Numbered from the whole stretch's first letter, positions 1 through 10,262 are shown. The stretch: DNA of 63,844 nucleotides, filler included, from an uncultured bacterium (GCA_964471275.1; 8 parts of 8 records of this genome joined end to end with filler, not necessarily neighbours in it), one strand, 5' to 3'. The notes: a model not told the origin generated them from the letters alone. Program-made: numbers and translations.

Positions 1-835
1 TGTTGTAGGGTGACTGATACGAGTAATCCTTATAGAACAGGCGCCTCGGCCCATCGGGGATCGCATATTGCACCGTCGGATCCGCCTGAAGCCGCATCCC
101 CTTCTTGAGTCGGTTGTGATACACCGCGGAGATCGTGGCCCGCTCCTCGGCGACCTGAGCCTCTCCTTCGATGATCGAAGCCATCGTTACAGCTTCGTGG
201 ATCGTCATACCTAGCCTACGAGCGTCTCTTGTCAGCTTCCCGTCGAAAGTCCTGCGGAAATGATCGACCAGGATGGCCAGGATCTGCTCCTCGGACGACG
301 ACGCCGATACCCGGTAGGTCTCGGGAAACAGGTAACCTTCCAGATTATCCACAGGAACCTGCATTCGTGAACAGAAGGCAGGATCCCCGACCAGCGCGGA
401 CAGCTTGCTCGGATCGAGATCCAGGGCACGGGCAAGCACTTCGACCACGCGCTCCTTCCGGAGACCTTCGGGAATCGTGACAGTCTGTGTCACGTCCCTC
501 GGCACCTGCAGTTCCTTCAGGACTTCCCACGCGGTCATCCGACCCGTAAATGGATGATCACCGGCAGTCAGTCGTCTGCTTGCCCCGGTGGTAACGGCGA
601 GAAACCGCAGAAACTGGGGACTGTGGACGATACGTTCTTTCTGGAGACGCCGGGCGATCAGGGCCACCGATGCTCCGGGCTCGATTCGAATCGACTTGGG
701 ACGTCCCCCGGTCGGCCGGTTCAGCACATACAACGCGAACACCGCAGCGAATGCGATCGCAAAGAGCGGGGCCGCGATCGTCAGACCGAGAGAAGGTCGC
801 CCGACGCGATCCCAGATCCGCAAGATCCTGTTCAT
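1..835 (-). CDS. mltG: Endolytic transglycosylase MltG (3' end runs off window; not in ORF track)
   Basis: Manual translation from ATG 835 gives an N-terminal TM segment and the motifs TIPEG, LEGYLFPETY, MASIIEGEA, SAVYHNRL..GMRLQADPTVQY and SPYN. ATGA overlap with the ruvX stop. Confidence 0.95.
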   Translation of the reverse strand, partial: MNRILRIWDRVGRPSLGLTIAAPLFAIAFAAVFALYVLNRPTGGRPKSIRIEPGASVALIARRLQKERIVHSPQFLRFLAVTTGASRRLTAGDHPFTGRMTAWEVLKELQVPRDVTQTVTIPEGLRKERVVEVLARALDLDPSKLSALVGDPAFCSRMQVPVDNLEGYLFPETYRVSASSSEEQILAILVDHFRRTFDGKLTRDARRLGMTIHEAVTMASIIEGEAQVAEERATISAVYHNRLKKGMRLQADPTVQYAIPDGPRRLFYKDYSYQSPYN

Positions 836-1239
836 ATCGGGTTCGCGCTGAGATAAGATTCAAGCATCAAGGCTGCCGCCACCCGGTCGATATCCCCGCG
901 CTCCTTCCGTTTCTGCCCGCTCACGATTCTTTTGGCCTGCTCACTCGTCAGTCGTTCATCCCAGTAGGCGACCTTCACGCCTGACCGTTCGCTCAATGCC
1001 TGACCAAAGCGCTCGACTTCCTCCGCCATCTCGCCACGGGTGCCATCCATGTTCAGCGGCAGACCAAGCACAATGCAGCCGGCCTCACTGCCGACGATGG
1101 CTTCGGCAACCTGCTTGAGGGCATCCCTAAACCCCGATACGACGACCGTCGGCTGGCCCTGCACGGTCAAACCGGCAGGGTCCGTGAACGCTATACCCAG
1201 ACGCTTACGCCCATAGTCGATGCCGACCAGTCGTTTCAA
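832..1239 (-). CDS. ruvX: Holliday junction resolvase-like / pre-16S rRNA nuclease RuvX (YqgF)
   Basis: GIDYGRKRLGIA, VLGLPLNMDG, WDERLTS, IDRVAAALML. Likely TTG start at 1239 after GGAGGA. Classic ruvX-mltG synteny. Confidence 0.95.
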   Translation of the reverse strand: MKRLVGIDYGRKRLGIAFTDPAGLTVQGQPTVVVSGFRDALKQVAEAIVGSEAGCIVLGLPLNMDGTRGEMAEEVERFGQALSERSGVKVAYWDERLTSEQAKRIVSGQKRKERGDIDRVAAALMLESYLSANPI

Positions 1240-1300
1240 TTTGGTTTCCTCCGGCAGCGCCGGGCACAGTGCAGAAGAGTCAGGGGGCAGAGGGAGAGGT

Positions 1301-1480
1301 TCAGGCGTCGCCCGAAGGGAGTGAACGGAGGCGCTCACGTTTCGCAAAGACCTGGTGCTGAAGGGAAACAACGTGTTTCCGATTGGAATCGCTGCCTGCC
1401 CTTGCCGAGGGGAGAAGCCGTTCGATCAACTCTTCGATCTCGCGGATGTGTTGACGCAGTATCTGGCTCTGGACGGACAC
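1301..1480 (-). CDS. Small coiled-coil hypothetical protein (~59 aa)
   Basis: GTG 1 nt after the upstream stop; helical sequence VSVQSQILRQHIREIEELIERLL. Confidence 0.5.
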   Translation of the reverse strand: MSVQSQILRQHIREIEELIERLLPSARAGSDSNRKHVVSLQHQVFAKRERLRSLPSGDA

Positions 1481-1481
1481 G

Positions 1482-1850
1482 TCAATCTCGACCGTTTGTG
1501 CCAGATGGGTTCGACCGGAATGCCGGTTTCTTCGGTTTGTCGGCGCGCGTACCGCCTGGACCGAACATCGTGGCCATCGCTGCGTCCGGATCATTGGCCG
1601 GACGATCCCAAAGAGATCTCATAACAGACGAGACAACCGCTTTGAGGGAACGCTTCCGGTCCTTGAGACAGAGTCTGCGGATTTTTTTTCGGGAAGTCCT
1701 TTCCGGCTCCTCCCGGACGAAATCAGCCGCGCTGATCCCCTCACGGTGCGCATTCTCCATCAGGTTCGAGAAGGCCTCAACGTCCAGGGGGTCGTCCAGC
1801 TGATCCAGGATGTCGTCATCTTCTGGGTATGTGGGGGTCTCTTGGGTCAC
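1482..1850 (-). CDS. Hypothetical protein (122 aa, acidic N-terminus)
   Basis: ORF co-oriented in the gene run, GAGG upstream of the GTG start. Confidence 0.65.
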   Translation of the reverse strand: MTQETPTYPEDDDILDQLDDPLDVEAFSNLMENAHREGISAADFVREEPERTSRKKIRRLCLKDRKRSLKAVVSSVMRSLWDRPANDPDAAMATMFGPGGTRADKPKKPAFRSNPSGTNGRD

Positions 1851-1907
1851 GGTGCCTCACCAGTAGAAAGCAACTTAGGAAGGGGCCAGTTTGGTGTCAA
1901 CCCGCCC

Positions 1908-4900
1908 CTACTCCTCCGGCTTCAGGTAATCGAACGCCACCTGCTTGCTGGCAGACTTACCTGTCTCCAGATCCACAACGGAAAGGGTCAGAATGTTTGC
2001 CCCGTACTTGGCCTCAGTCAGGTCCAGCTCGAGATGGCCGCGCTCCCAGTCCTGGTCACCGGTCTGCTCGAATGTGAAGGTGACTTCCGGCTTCGCTTCA
2101 CCAGGGAAGGAAGGGCGCCGACGAAGGCCCTGCTTGTGTTTGACGCCCGCCGTGACCTGGTATCGGGTCTGTCCAAAACTGTTCTTCTTGAGCCCGTAAA
2201 TCTCGTAGTAGAAAGGAACCACCTTCTCCGTGTAAGATCGTCCGGGATTGGGACGCACTTCCCACCGACCGCGGCGGAATCGAATCGTACCTTCATAGTC
2301 AGTGATGCGACTCGCGAGAACAAGATCACTGAGGCCGAGGGTGTCCGAGGGGTAGGCCTCCACGAGAACATTCCGCTCGATCGCGGTCAGTCTTTCTCCG
2401 AGCGTATCGTGTATGCGGAGGGTCAAATGATAGAGACCGGGCTCCAGATCGGCGCGAATCACGTCGACGTAATCTCCGGCCACTTCTGAGAGCCGGACAC
2501 GGTCTGAACGTCTGAACACCCTGGCGTAAGTCGAGTCGGCGAGAGCGATAGACCGCGACAGCACCGCCACGGGTCCGTCACCTGACTCCCGTGTCCGAAC
2601 CGCACCGCCGGGTATCCCGTAGGCGATGTCCAGTCGTGTCTTGAATCTTTCCCCCCGGAAATCGAAGATCTCGAGCTGAAAGCCCTGTATAGTCGCGTAC
2701 TCGGCTGAGATGAAGTCATCCGGGAAGTCGGATACCGTTCGCTCGTAGGCCAGACCCGGCGCATACTCGGTCATCCGGGCGGTGGACTTCATGATGGACG
2801 GCGGTATATCGGGCAGGGGCGCGAAGTCGAATCCACTCGACCCGCCCCCCTCCTTCGTGAAGTCAAAGACGAGCCCTCGACCGATCTCGGTATACACCCA
2901 CGATTCCCAGGGCACGATGCTGTAGTCCCCGAAGAGCGTCACCGGTGCATACGATTCTCCCTCGCCCCGGGACTGCGGATCCGCAAGCCGAGTAGCTGGA
3001 TCCTCGTCGGCATCGATGCCCTCCGCCTCGTTTGAAAAATCATCACGTTGCGCAAGCGTGATGCCCCGCGAACTGCGGATCGGAAAGACTGGCCCAACGA
3101 GCTCTCCCTGTGGGGGGACGTTGTACAGATCCGCATACATCTGTTCCTTGACCTGCTGAACCTTCGGCGAAGTCAGGGCCGGAACGCGGCCGGACTGCGA
3201 GCGATAGTCGGGCTCACCATACCGGATGTATACGGCCCCCCTCCGATCCCACGGGTAGGCGTAATCGCCGAAATTGCGACGCGCAAACCAGACACGTCCG
3301 TAGTGCTCGAGAAGACGTTCATTGAGTTCGGTCGTGAGATCGGGGTCCTTCTCTCTCCAGAACCGTTCACGATACACCCTCTGGGCCGTCTCGTCGAGCG
3401 ACTCGTAGCCTGCGATATCCTGGCCGGGCAGCACGGTGCGGATATCATCGAACCAGGAGCGTTCACGCTCTGTCACCCGGAGCAGGTAGGCCTGGAAATA
3501 GCTGAGGGCCGGGTCGTAGTTTCGCTGACGGATATCCTTGATCGCCAGAATTGGTATTAGATCCACGGCATCCGGTTTGGCCTGGTAGATCGGCCCGATC
3601 GCCCGATCGATGCCGCGATAGTCTCGCAATCGGAGCAGCGAGCGTCCCAGAAGAACTGCAGTTTCAATATCGTCCGGCTCGAGGTCGATATACGCCTTCA
3701 GATAGCTGATGGCACGCTTGTCTTCCTCGCCTCTCGCGTAGTATTCGCCGAGCACACGGTATGGCAGCGCGAAGGCCGGGTCCCTTTCGATCGCCTGCCG
3801 GGCATACCGGACCCCGTCGTTCATGTCCCGTTCAAGGTAAGCGCGGGCCAGATTCGAATAAGGCTCGAGATACGCCGAGTCCTCCCGGATCGCGCGTTTG
3901 AAGTGATCGATGGCTTTTGCGAAGTACTCCGGTATGCGGATAAAGACCTGCCCCAACCCGTTTTGTGCCCGAGCGTCCGCGTCACCGAAGGACAGCGCTT
4001 TCTCAAATGATTCCTTGGCCTTGTCGACCAGTCCTCTGGAGAGATATGCTTCACCCAGGACCGACCACGAATCACCGTCGACGGCCTGCTCGACCAGTCC
4101 GGCGACCATGTCTTCGGCATTGCTCGCGCCGAACATCGCGACGGCCTCGAGCTGGTGCCCTGTCATCGTCGCGATAATATCGGAGAGCTTGTCCCATCGC
4201 CACACCTTCCGCCCACTCGTCGCGTGACTCCAGATGATCTGCCCTGTGACCACATCGACCATCCGCAGTGAGAGGCCCAGGTTGTGTATCGTGCCCGCTT
4301 CGCCGGTCACCGCGATGCTGCCGCACAGGATGGCGCCGGCAAGGGTCGTCTCGTGAGCCCGCTCCCTATTCTGTTTCCCGATTCTCACTGGAACAACATC
4401 GTGCTTGCCGCTGATCTCACCCGGCACTAGGGAGAACACGCCATCACGTTCCATACCCCGTCTGATGGCAATCCTGCAGTCGGCCGCCAGGTATTTCCAG
4501 TCCGACGTGTAAATCGGCTGAATCACGATCTCCGTTGGCAGATCTTCCATATCGGGTGGAGGCGGCTTGACATCCGTCGAGCTGAATCCGAGGCTGGCCA
4601 CGATCTCTTCGGCCGGTCCGTCACCCACGTTCCGATTTGCCTTGGTCCACGTCCATGCAGGATCATCACGGATCTCACCCGACCAGATCATGCGCCCGGT
4701 CGATAGATCAATCAGACGTGTGTGCAGGGCTCGGATGCCAGCAGCATCCACAATGCCGGTGATGAGATAATCCGCTCCCGTCCGTTCCCTCAGCGTCTTG
4801 AGCGCCCTCGCGGGGACCTCCGACGCAACTGATGCGATCAGGCGGGTAAGCGACACGGAGAGCGTATCAGGCTCAACCAGGATGAACCGACGTCGATCGA

Positions 4901-5096
4901 GCGCCTCCGAGTAAGAGCGGCCCATCAGCTCGGCACCCAGACGGTCGGCGATGAAGACGCCGTAGTCGGGTTCTGCCGGATAGTGGAAGGGCGTGATCGC
5001 GATGCGGGGAGCCGAAAGCGTAACCACTGACTGGGCGAACAGGTCCTGCGCGAAGGTGAGGGCCAGGAAGGCTGTCAGGAACCAGTGTCGCATCAT
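1908..5096 (-). CDS. Secreted TPR- and GWxTD-domain protein with N-terminal CsgG/TolB-N-like domains
   Basis: Signal peptide and TPR repeats. FWREKDPDLTTELNERLLEHYGRV..ARRNF..PWDRRGAVYIRYGEPD matches the GWxTD domain pattern. Confidence 0.85.
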   Translation of the reverse strand: MMRHWFLTAFLALTFAQDLFAQSVVTLSAPRIAITPFHYPAEPDYGVFIADRLGAELMGRSYSEALDRRRFILVEPDTLSVSLTRLIASVASEVPARALKTLRERTGADYLITGIVDAAGIRALHTRLIDLSTGRMIWSGEIRDDPAWTWTKANRNVGDGPAEEIVASLGFSSTDVKPPPPDMEDLPTEIVIQPIYTSDWKYLAADCRIAIRRGMERDGVFSLVPGEISGKHDVVPVRIGKQNRERAHETTLAGAILCGSIAVTGEAGTIHNLGLSLRMVDVVTGQIIWSHATSGRKVWRWDKLSDIIATMTGHQLEAVAMFGASNAEDMVAGLVEQAVDGDSWSVLGEAYLSRGLVDKAKESFEKALSFGDADARAQNGLGQVFIRIPEYFAKAIDHFKRAIREDSAYLEPYSNLARAYLERDMNDGVRYARQAIERDPAFALPYRVLGEYYARGEEDKRAISYLKAYIDLEPDDIETAVLLGRSLLRLRDYRGIDRAIGPIYQAKPDAVDLIPILAIKDIRQRNYDPALSYFQAYLLRVTERERSWFDDIRTVLPGQDIAGYESLDETAQRVYRERFWREKDPDLTTELNERLLEHYGRVWFARRNFGDYAYPWDRRGAVYIRYGEPDYRSQSGRVPALTSPKVQQVKEQMYADLYNVPPQGELVGPVFPIRSSRGITLAQRDDFSNEAEGIDADEDPATRLADPQSRGEGESYAPVTLFGDYSIVPWESWVYTEIGRGLVFDFTKEGGGSSGFDFAPLPDIPPSIMKSTARMTEYAPGLAYERTVSDFPDDFISAEYATIQGFQLEIFDFRGERFKTRLDIAYGIPGGAVRTRESGDGPVAVLSRSIALADSTYARVFRRSDRVRLSEVAGDYVDVIRADLEPGLYHLTLRIHDTLGERLTAIERNVLVEAYPSDTLGLSDLVLASRITDYEGTIRFRRGRWEVRPNPGRSYTEKVVPFYYEIYGLKKNSFGQTRYQVTAGVKHKQGLRRRPSFPGEAKPEVTFTFEQTGDQDWERGHLELDLTEAKYGANILTLSVVDLETGKSASKQVAFDYLKPEE

Positions 5097-5881
5097 CAGT
5101 CCAGAGGAATGGTGACCGTGACACGACCGGGCTGCAGGACGAAATTCTCGACGACGCTGTAAGCCCAGATAGATGCGAGCGCCAGCCCCAGGGCGCGGGC
5201 CGTGGAAGCACGAGACTTCGCCCTGGCAAACCGCTCCTCGAAGGGATTCGGATCATCCGGTCCACCGGTTCTTGCCGGCAGATTCATATCCAGATCGGAC
5301 GTGAGCCGGTAGTTGTTGAGTGCTGACTGATATGCTTGATCTGCCAGGAACCAGCCGACCGCCAGCGCGCCGGCCGAAACCGTCAGAATCGTCCCCCGCT
5401 TCTTGTGTCCGCGGTAGCGCTGTCCCCATCCGGGCAGGATCAGGGATCGAGCACTCGCCTTGAGCGGGGACGTGGCACTGATTCTAGCCTGTCGTCGAGC
5501 CCGGCGGAGAAGCTTCATCTCCGCCAGCACACTTACGAGCGCAGCGTCCTTCGGGACGTCCAGGATCCCTCTCGATTGTCCCTGGTCGTTCCGGAACAGC
5601 TCACCCAGGACGATCCGTGCCCCAACGCTATCCTGCATCGCGAGTCGGCAACGGGCCAGGTCGAACAGAACACGGTCACGATCTTCACCCCTTACCTGGT
5701 CGAAAAGAGGAGCGATTGCCAGGAGACCCTCCAGGTTGGATAACTGATCGAGGGCAGCAGCGTACCGCCCGTTTCGGTAGGCGCCCTCGGCTGCAGACAC
5801 AGAACCTTGCGCGCGCAGCGGGATCGAAGTGGTCGTCAGCAGGAAGGCCAGAAGGAGGCCGGTTGTGATTCGCGAGATCAT
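5096..5881 (-). CDS. Secreted/membrane protein, TPR-like N-terminus plus DUF5683-like segment
   Basis: Signal peptide; ARSLILPGWGQRY motif followed by hydrophobic segments. Translationally coupled on both sides. Confidence 0.75.
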   Translation of the reverse strand: MISRITTGLLLAFLLTTTSIPLRAQGSVSAAEGAYRNGRYAAALDQLSNLEGLLAIAPLFDQVRGEDRDRVLFDLARCRLAMQDSVGARIVLGELFRNDQGQSRGILDVPKDAALVSVLAEMKLLRRARRQARISATSPLKASARSLILPGWGQRYRGHKKRGTILTVSAGALAVGWFLADQAYQSALNNYRLTSDLDMNLPARTGGPDDPNPFEERFARAKSRASTARALGLALASIWAYSVVENFVLQPGRVTVTIPLD

Positions 5882-7428
5882 CAGGGCAGGTAGGTGAAGA
5901 CGTTTCCGCCTGTGCTGCTGACGTGAACAAGATTCCCCGTCCCGCCATCGAGAGCCAGCCCCCCGAGCGAGAAATCCTCGTTGGGCAATTCCCAGAAGAG
6001 AAGCGAGGTCAGATCGGTGTCGAAGACGTAAACACGTCGAGCAGATGCATCGAGCACGAAGATCTGCCCAAAGCGGTTCAGTGTGATCGCGGAGGGAGAC
6101 AGCCCCGAAATCCCGAAGTCGATGTCTTCCCAGACGAGATCAGGGCCAAGGCCCCCGGAAACATCGGCCCTCACAACGCGGTTCTCAGCGGGAACGGCCG
6201 CCCAGAGATGTGCGCTGTCACCGATCAGGCTCGCTGGTTGAGCAAAGGGTAAATCGTATGACACGAGCTCAAAAAGATTGGACGTGAACACACGGAGCCT
6301 GCGATCCGCAGACAGATAGATATTCCCGTCTCCTGACTGGGTTGCCGCAACCGGCGTCTCCATATCTGTGATCGACCAGTCGTCAGGTCCCTCCCAGACC
6401 TTTGTCAGGTTCGGCAAACTGTAGGCTCTGACCTGAACGGTTGCCCCCTGGCTGCTTATCCCTACCAGGAAGACCCTGTCTTGGATCGTCGGTGGGCGGA
6501 AGACAGTCGGCCCCGCGAGCACAGCCGATTCGGGAACGATGCCCGTGACATCCGTTGCGACCGTTTCCTCCCTGATCGCACCGACCGTCTGGCTCCCGTC
6601 GAAGGAGGCGCCAAAAAAGTAGCGATACTTGCTGATGTCCACACCGATGGGTCGCCCAACAAGGGCAAGCATTGTCACGGAGGCGGCGGATGAACCGGAT
6701 GTGATGAAGGTCCGGCTCGCCCCCCGCCCCACGGGCTCGCCCCGTTCGCGCGAGTAGATTTCGGCTGTCAACGGAGAACTGCCCAGGGATGCCCCGGTCG
6801 AAAAGCCGGTCAGCACGCTGTAGCTGTAGGAGACATTGCCCTGGATATCTGTATCGATGAACGAGCTTTCCGCCGGTCCTGTAATCTTGAGGGTACGATC
6901 CTCAGCACCCGACTTCCGGGTAACCTCCAAGAAGGACAAACCGTCGCCCACGGACTGCCAGTCGACCTGGATCTGCCCCTGGAACGGGTTGCGCCGAAGT
7001 CGCAGCAATCTCGCTCCTGGGATCTGCACCTGGATGGCCCGGGCTTCGACAAGCCCGACAGAGCTACGGGCGCTGACGGTGTATTCGAGAAGCTCACCCG
7101 CGAGCGGGAGACCGTCGCTGTACGAGTCAACAAACCGGCCAGCCCCTACGGATGTGCCGCCCTGGACAACGCCGATGGAATCGAAGCCCGACCCGCTGCG
7201 CCTCAGGACGATGACTCGCAGAAGCGGATCTCTCCCGAGATATTCCCAGCGTAGGGCTACGGACCCTGTGGATGCCTCAAACCCGGAGTCGAGGATATGG
7301 ATCAGGGATGTGTTAAAAGGATCCTGGATGAGATCGCGTTCGGGGTTGTAGCAGGCAGACAGAGAGGCAAGAATGGCTAGGACGGCCCAGAGTCTCGGTA
7401 ATCTTGCGGAAGCAGAAGCGGGGAGCAC
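5881..7428 (-). CDS. Lipoprotein with FN3-like and NHL/beta-propeller-like regions
   Basis: Lipobox LSAC; SFIDTDIQGNVSYSYSV (FN3-like); PSAITLNRFGQIFVLD (NHL-like). Confidence 0.75.
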   Translation of the reverse strand: MLPASASARLPRLWAVLAILASLSACYNPERDLIQDPFNTSLIHILDSGFEASTGSVALRWEYLGRDPLLRVIVLRRSGSGFDSIGVVQGGTSVGAGRFVDSYSDGLPLAGELLEYTVSARSSVGLVEARAIQVQIPGARLLRLRRNPFQGQIQVDWQSVGDGLSFLEVTRKSGAEDRTLKITGPAESSFIDTDIQGNVSYSYSVLTGFSTGASLGSSPLTAEIYSRERGEPVGRGASRTFITSGSSAASVTMLALVGRPIGVDISKYRYFFGASFDGSQTVGAIREETVATDVTGIVPESAVLAGPTVFRPPTIQDRVFLVGISSQGATVQVRAYSLPNLTKVWEGPDDWSITDMETPVAATQSGDGNIYLSADRRLRVFTSNLFELVSYDLPFAQPASLIGDSAHLWAAVPAENRVVRADVSGGLGPDLVWEDIDFGISGLSPSAITLNRFGQIFVLDASARRVYVFDTDLTSLLFWELPNEDFSLGGLALDGGTGNLVHVSSTGGNVFTYLP

Positions 7429-7475
7429 AGCACGGCCGCACTCCCCGGGATAGCATCTTTCAGTCTGTGACGAGA

Positions 7476-8275
7476 TCAGGTCGCGTTCCCGGGGGCCTCG
7501 GGGGCCTCCTCCTCTTCTTCATCTGTTTCGTCGTCCTCTGAAGCTTCCTTGGTCGCCTGTCGACCCTCCTCTCTAAGACTCTCGTCAAGGGCACGATCGA
7601 AACCGAACAGCAGCTGCAGTGACTTGTGAACCTCGATGAAGTGAGGACTCTCCGTATATGGCGTGACCTGTTCCCACCGATCGTAATCGTTCACATCCCG
7701 TGAGTAACTGTCCTGGACCGGATTGTAGATGAACTCCAGACCGATCGAGGTAATCACGGGCTCTTCGTTTTCCTTCATCCGTGCCGTTCGGAACCGGGCG
7801 ACGCGTGCGATCACCGGCAGTCGACACGGCATATACGGCTTGTAGTCCGAGATCTGGGGTCGTGTGAAGTTTAGGACGGGATAGAAACGAAGCAGAATAG
7901 CCGCCTTCTGCAGCTGCTCTATCCGGTCAGAGAAGCGCATCTCCTCGAAGCCCTCGCCGAGCAGGTAGCCCAGGAATGCCTCGTTCGCCTCCTGCGTTTC
8001 GCCGCCACGAAGCTGAGCGCCTCCGACGCTGAAGTTGAGCAGGTCGACCTGATACCCGTCTTCCTGCCTGACATACTCCCGGAAGTCCAGCTCACGGGAA
8101 CGGGCATCGTCGAACGTAACGGGTTTGAGCGTGATATTCTCGACGCCGATATCCGTAACTTCGGCCGGCATCGTAAACTGCCTGACCGACATGGGTGAAT
8201 CTACGGACAGGCCGTAGTTCGACGCGAAACTGACGTGAACGATGTCGTTCTCGAAATTCCCGATTACAGACTTCC
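7476..8275 (-). CDS. PilZ-like hypothetical protein (5' truncated by contig end)
   Basis: Frame is open to the contig edge. VDLLNFSVGGAQL resembles the PilZ (D/N)xSxGG motif and SIGLEF the GxxF motif. Acidic tail. Confidence 0.6.
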
Positions 8276-8375
8276 NNNNNNNNNNNNNNNNNNNNNNNNN
8301 NNNNNNNNNNNNNNNNNNNTTAATTAATTAANNNNNNNNNNNNNNNNNNNNNNNNNNNNNNNNNNNNNNNNNNNN
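8276..8375. other. Artificial contig spacer (N44-TTAATTAATTAA-N44)
   Basis: Same 100-nt spacer also at 16638-16737, 24987-25086, 33312-33411, 41632-41731, 49879-49978 and 58107-58206. Confidence 0.99.
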
Positions 8376-8758
8376 ACAACGCGCATCCCGTGTCGTGTGC
8401 TGCGGCTGTCGCGACGATGGAGAAACTGTCCGTCGATGGCGGGGCGTGTTTCGAGATGCTCGATGAGCGGGGTCGGCAGATGGAAGAAGGCTTGAAGGAG
8501 GTCTTTGACGGCGCGTCGGTGGCGACAACGATTGCGCGACAGGGATCCGCTTTCTGTGTCTACTTCATGGATCATGCACCGAGGGATTGGCACGATATCG
8601 CAGCGAATCACAATTTCGAGTATGACACAAAGTATCGAAAGCAACTGATCGATCGCGGTGTATATCATTTCCCGCTACCGACAAAGCAGGGCAGCATCTC
8701 GCTCGCTCACAGCGATACAATCATTCAGGAAACGCTCGAGAGAACAGTCCTTCCCTGA
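8376..8758 (+). CDS. Class III PLP aminotransferase, glutamate-1-semialdehyde aminomutase-like (C-terminal fragment)
   Basis: NAHPVSCAAAVAT...GSAFCVYF...LIDRGVY...SISLAHS, typical of the HemL-family C-terminus. Confidence 0.8.
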
Positions 8759-8864
8759 TTGCCAGCCGAATCGCTTCCCTAAAGCTCCTTGCCTGATTCC
8801 CTCAGTCACCATCGGTTCTACGATTTACCGCCCTGCGTGTAGACTTCCGCTGGGTGGCACTCAG

Positions 8865-8947
8865 AAACACAGTGTCAACTTCTTGACTTTGTGTTTGTAG
8901 ATCACGCCGACTCGCTGGCTGAATTAGGGATTGTTTGAGTCAGCCAG
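8865..8947. terminator. Two hairpins between convergent genes
   Basis: AAACACA-GT-GTCAA-CTTC-TTGAC-TT-TGTGTTT (8865-8896) and CTGGCTGA...TCAGCCAG (8915-8947). Confidence 0.45.
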
Positions 8948-8969
8948 AGCTTACACCGGCCGATCTGCC

Positions 8970-9950
8970 TCAGGTTGAGACGATGCTCATACGCAGCTCG
9001 TGAGCTTCATCGTCGCGCGCATACTCATAGTAGTAGTGGATGCGGTCGGGGAACTGGATCGCGTCGACGTAGCGCAGGGAACCCGATGCGTGTGGGGATT
9101 TCAGGATCGGCCCGTCCGGTGTGAGACAGGTCAACGAGCGGATATCCTGCCCGGAGAGGATGCCGGTCTGCTCTTCGTAGTTTCCTGACACATCGGATGC
9201 GCCGTCGTAGAACGCGGTGAATGTTCCGTCGATGCAGATGACCGAGCAGATCCGTCTGCACCAGGCATCCCAACCCTCGCCTGTGGGAGAGAAGATGTCT
9301 CCCTGCCATTCGAAGTTGCGCCCGTCAACGCTTGTGGCGAGACCGGTTCGTGACACAGTCAAACCCGTGTTGTAGGCGTCGGCTGTCGCGTGCAGGCTAC
9401 CCACCTTGCCTGGCGCCAGGTCATCGATTCGCGTGGCATAGCTCAGGATCGTCTGATATTCACCCCCGAGGGTGAATACATAGGGGTCCTTGATTCCCTC
9501 GATGCCCATTTTTTTGGGGTCGAACAGGAGTCGACTCTCGGACGGCCTGAAGCCGTCTGGCCCCGGTGCTTCCATACAGTCCGTTCGCCACATCTTGTGA
9601 GCGGGATCCGTGTAGCTGATGTATAGACGCCACGTGCCGTCGAGTCCTTTGACCAGTGCCGATCTCTCCATCGAGTCGGAATCGAATTCGGTCTTCTTCG
9701 CTGACCAGATTCTCGTGAACGATATCCCATCGTCACTTTCCGCGATGACGCACTCACCACCCCGCTCGAGTTCCAGCCCGCGCGGCCGGCGCAGCCGGTA
9801 GTAGAGATAGTATTTACACGACTCCCGGTCGTAGATTGCGCTTGGCGCGCCCGCCCACCAGCCGCCGCCGGTCCCCAGGGGCTGGATGACGGTGGTGCCT
9901 TCTTCGGGGTTGAAGAGCGGGGCGTGTCCGATTCGTTTCAGGCTGTCCAT
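8970..9950 (-). CDS. Five-bladed beta-propeller glycosidase-like protein (GH32/43/130 clan-like)
   Basis: WWAGAPS, YYLYYRLRRP, SDDGISF, KDPYV, ATSVDGRNFEWQG (Asp-box-like), LRYVDA. Confidence 0.7.
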   Translation of the reverse strand: MDSLKRIGHAPLFNPEEGTTVIQPLGTGGGWWAGAPSAIYDRESCKYYLYYRLRRPRGLELERGGECVIAESDDGISFTRIWSAKKTEFDSDSMERSALVKGLDGTWRLYISYTDPAHKMWRTDCMEAPGPDGFRPSESRLLFDPKKMGIEGIKDPYVFTLGGEYQTILSYATRIDDLAPGKVGSLHATADAYNTGLTVSRTGLATSVDGRNFEWQGDIFSPTGEGWDAWCRRICSVICIDGTFTAFYDGASDVSGNYEEQTGILSGQDIRSLTCLTPDGPILKSPHASGSLRYVDAIQFPDRIHYYYEYARDDEAHELRMSIVST

Positions 9951-9988
9951 GTGCTCTCCGTATATGGGTCTTTCTTCACCGGTAGAAA

Positions 9989-10142
9989 GTCATCCTGAGC
10001 CCAAGCGAAGGATCCCTGTTCGCCAGATGGTTTCGATGGCGCCAGGCAGGCGGGACGTAAGGGTTTGAGACGAACAGGGCTCATCACATTCTGTCCGTGT
10101 AAGGGCAGGGCGGGATGACGCGTTCCCCTCATTCACGATGAC
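9989..10142. repeat. Degenerate GTCATCCTGAG-type palindromic element (MITE/REP-like)
   Basis: Begins GTCATCCTGAGCCCAAGCGAAGGATCC and ends ...CATTCACGATGAC, so the termini are inverted (GTCATC/GATGAC). Confidence 0.5.
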
Positions 10143-10262
10143 CTTTCAACATTCCAGATCAGTGCCTAATTTACCGACGGGCGGAAACGTGTCCAGAGGA
10201 ACGGGATGAACCAAGCTGTCAGCACAAAGAAACGATAAACCCGATAGAGACTGGAGTGCATT

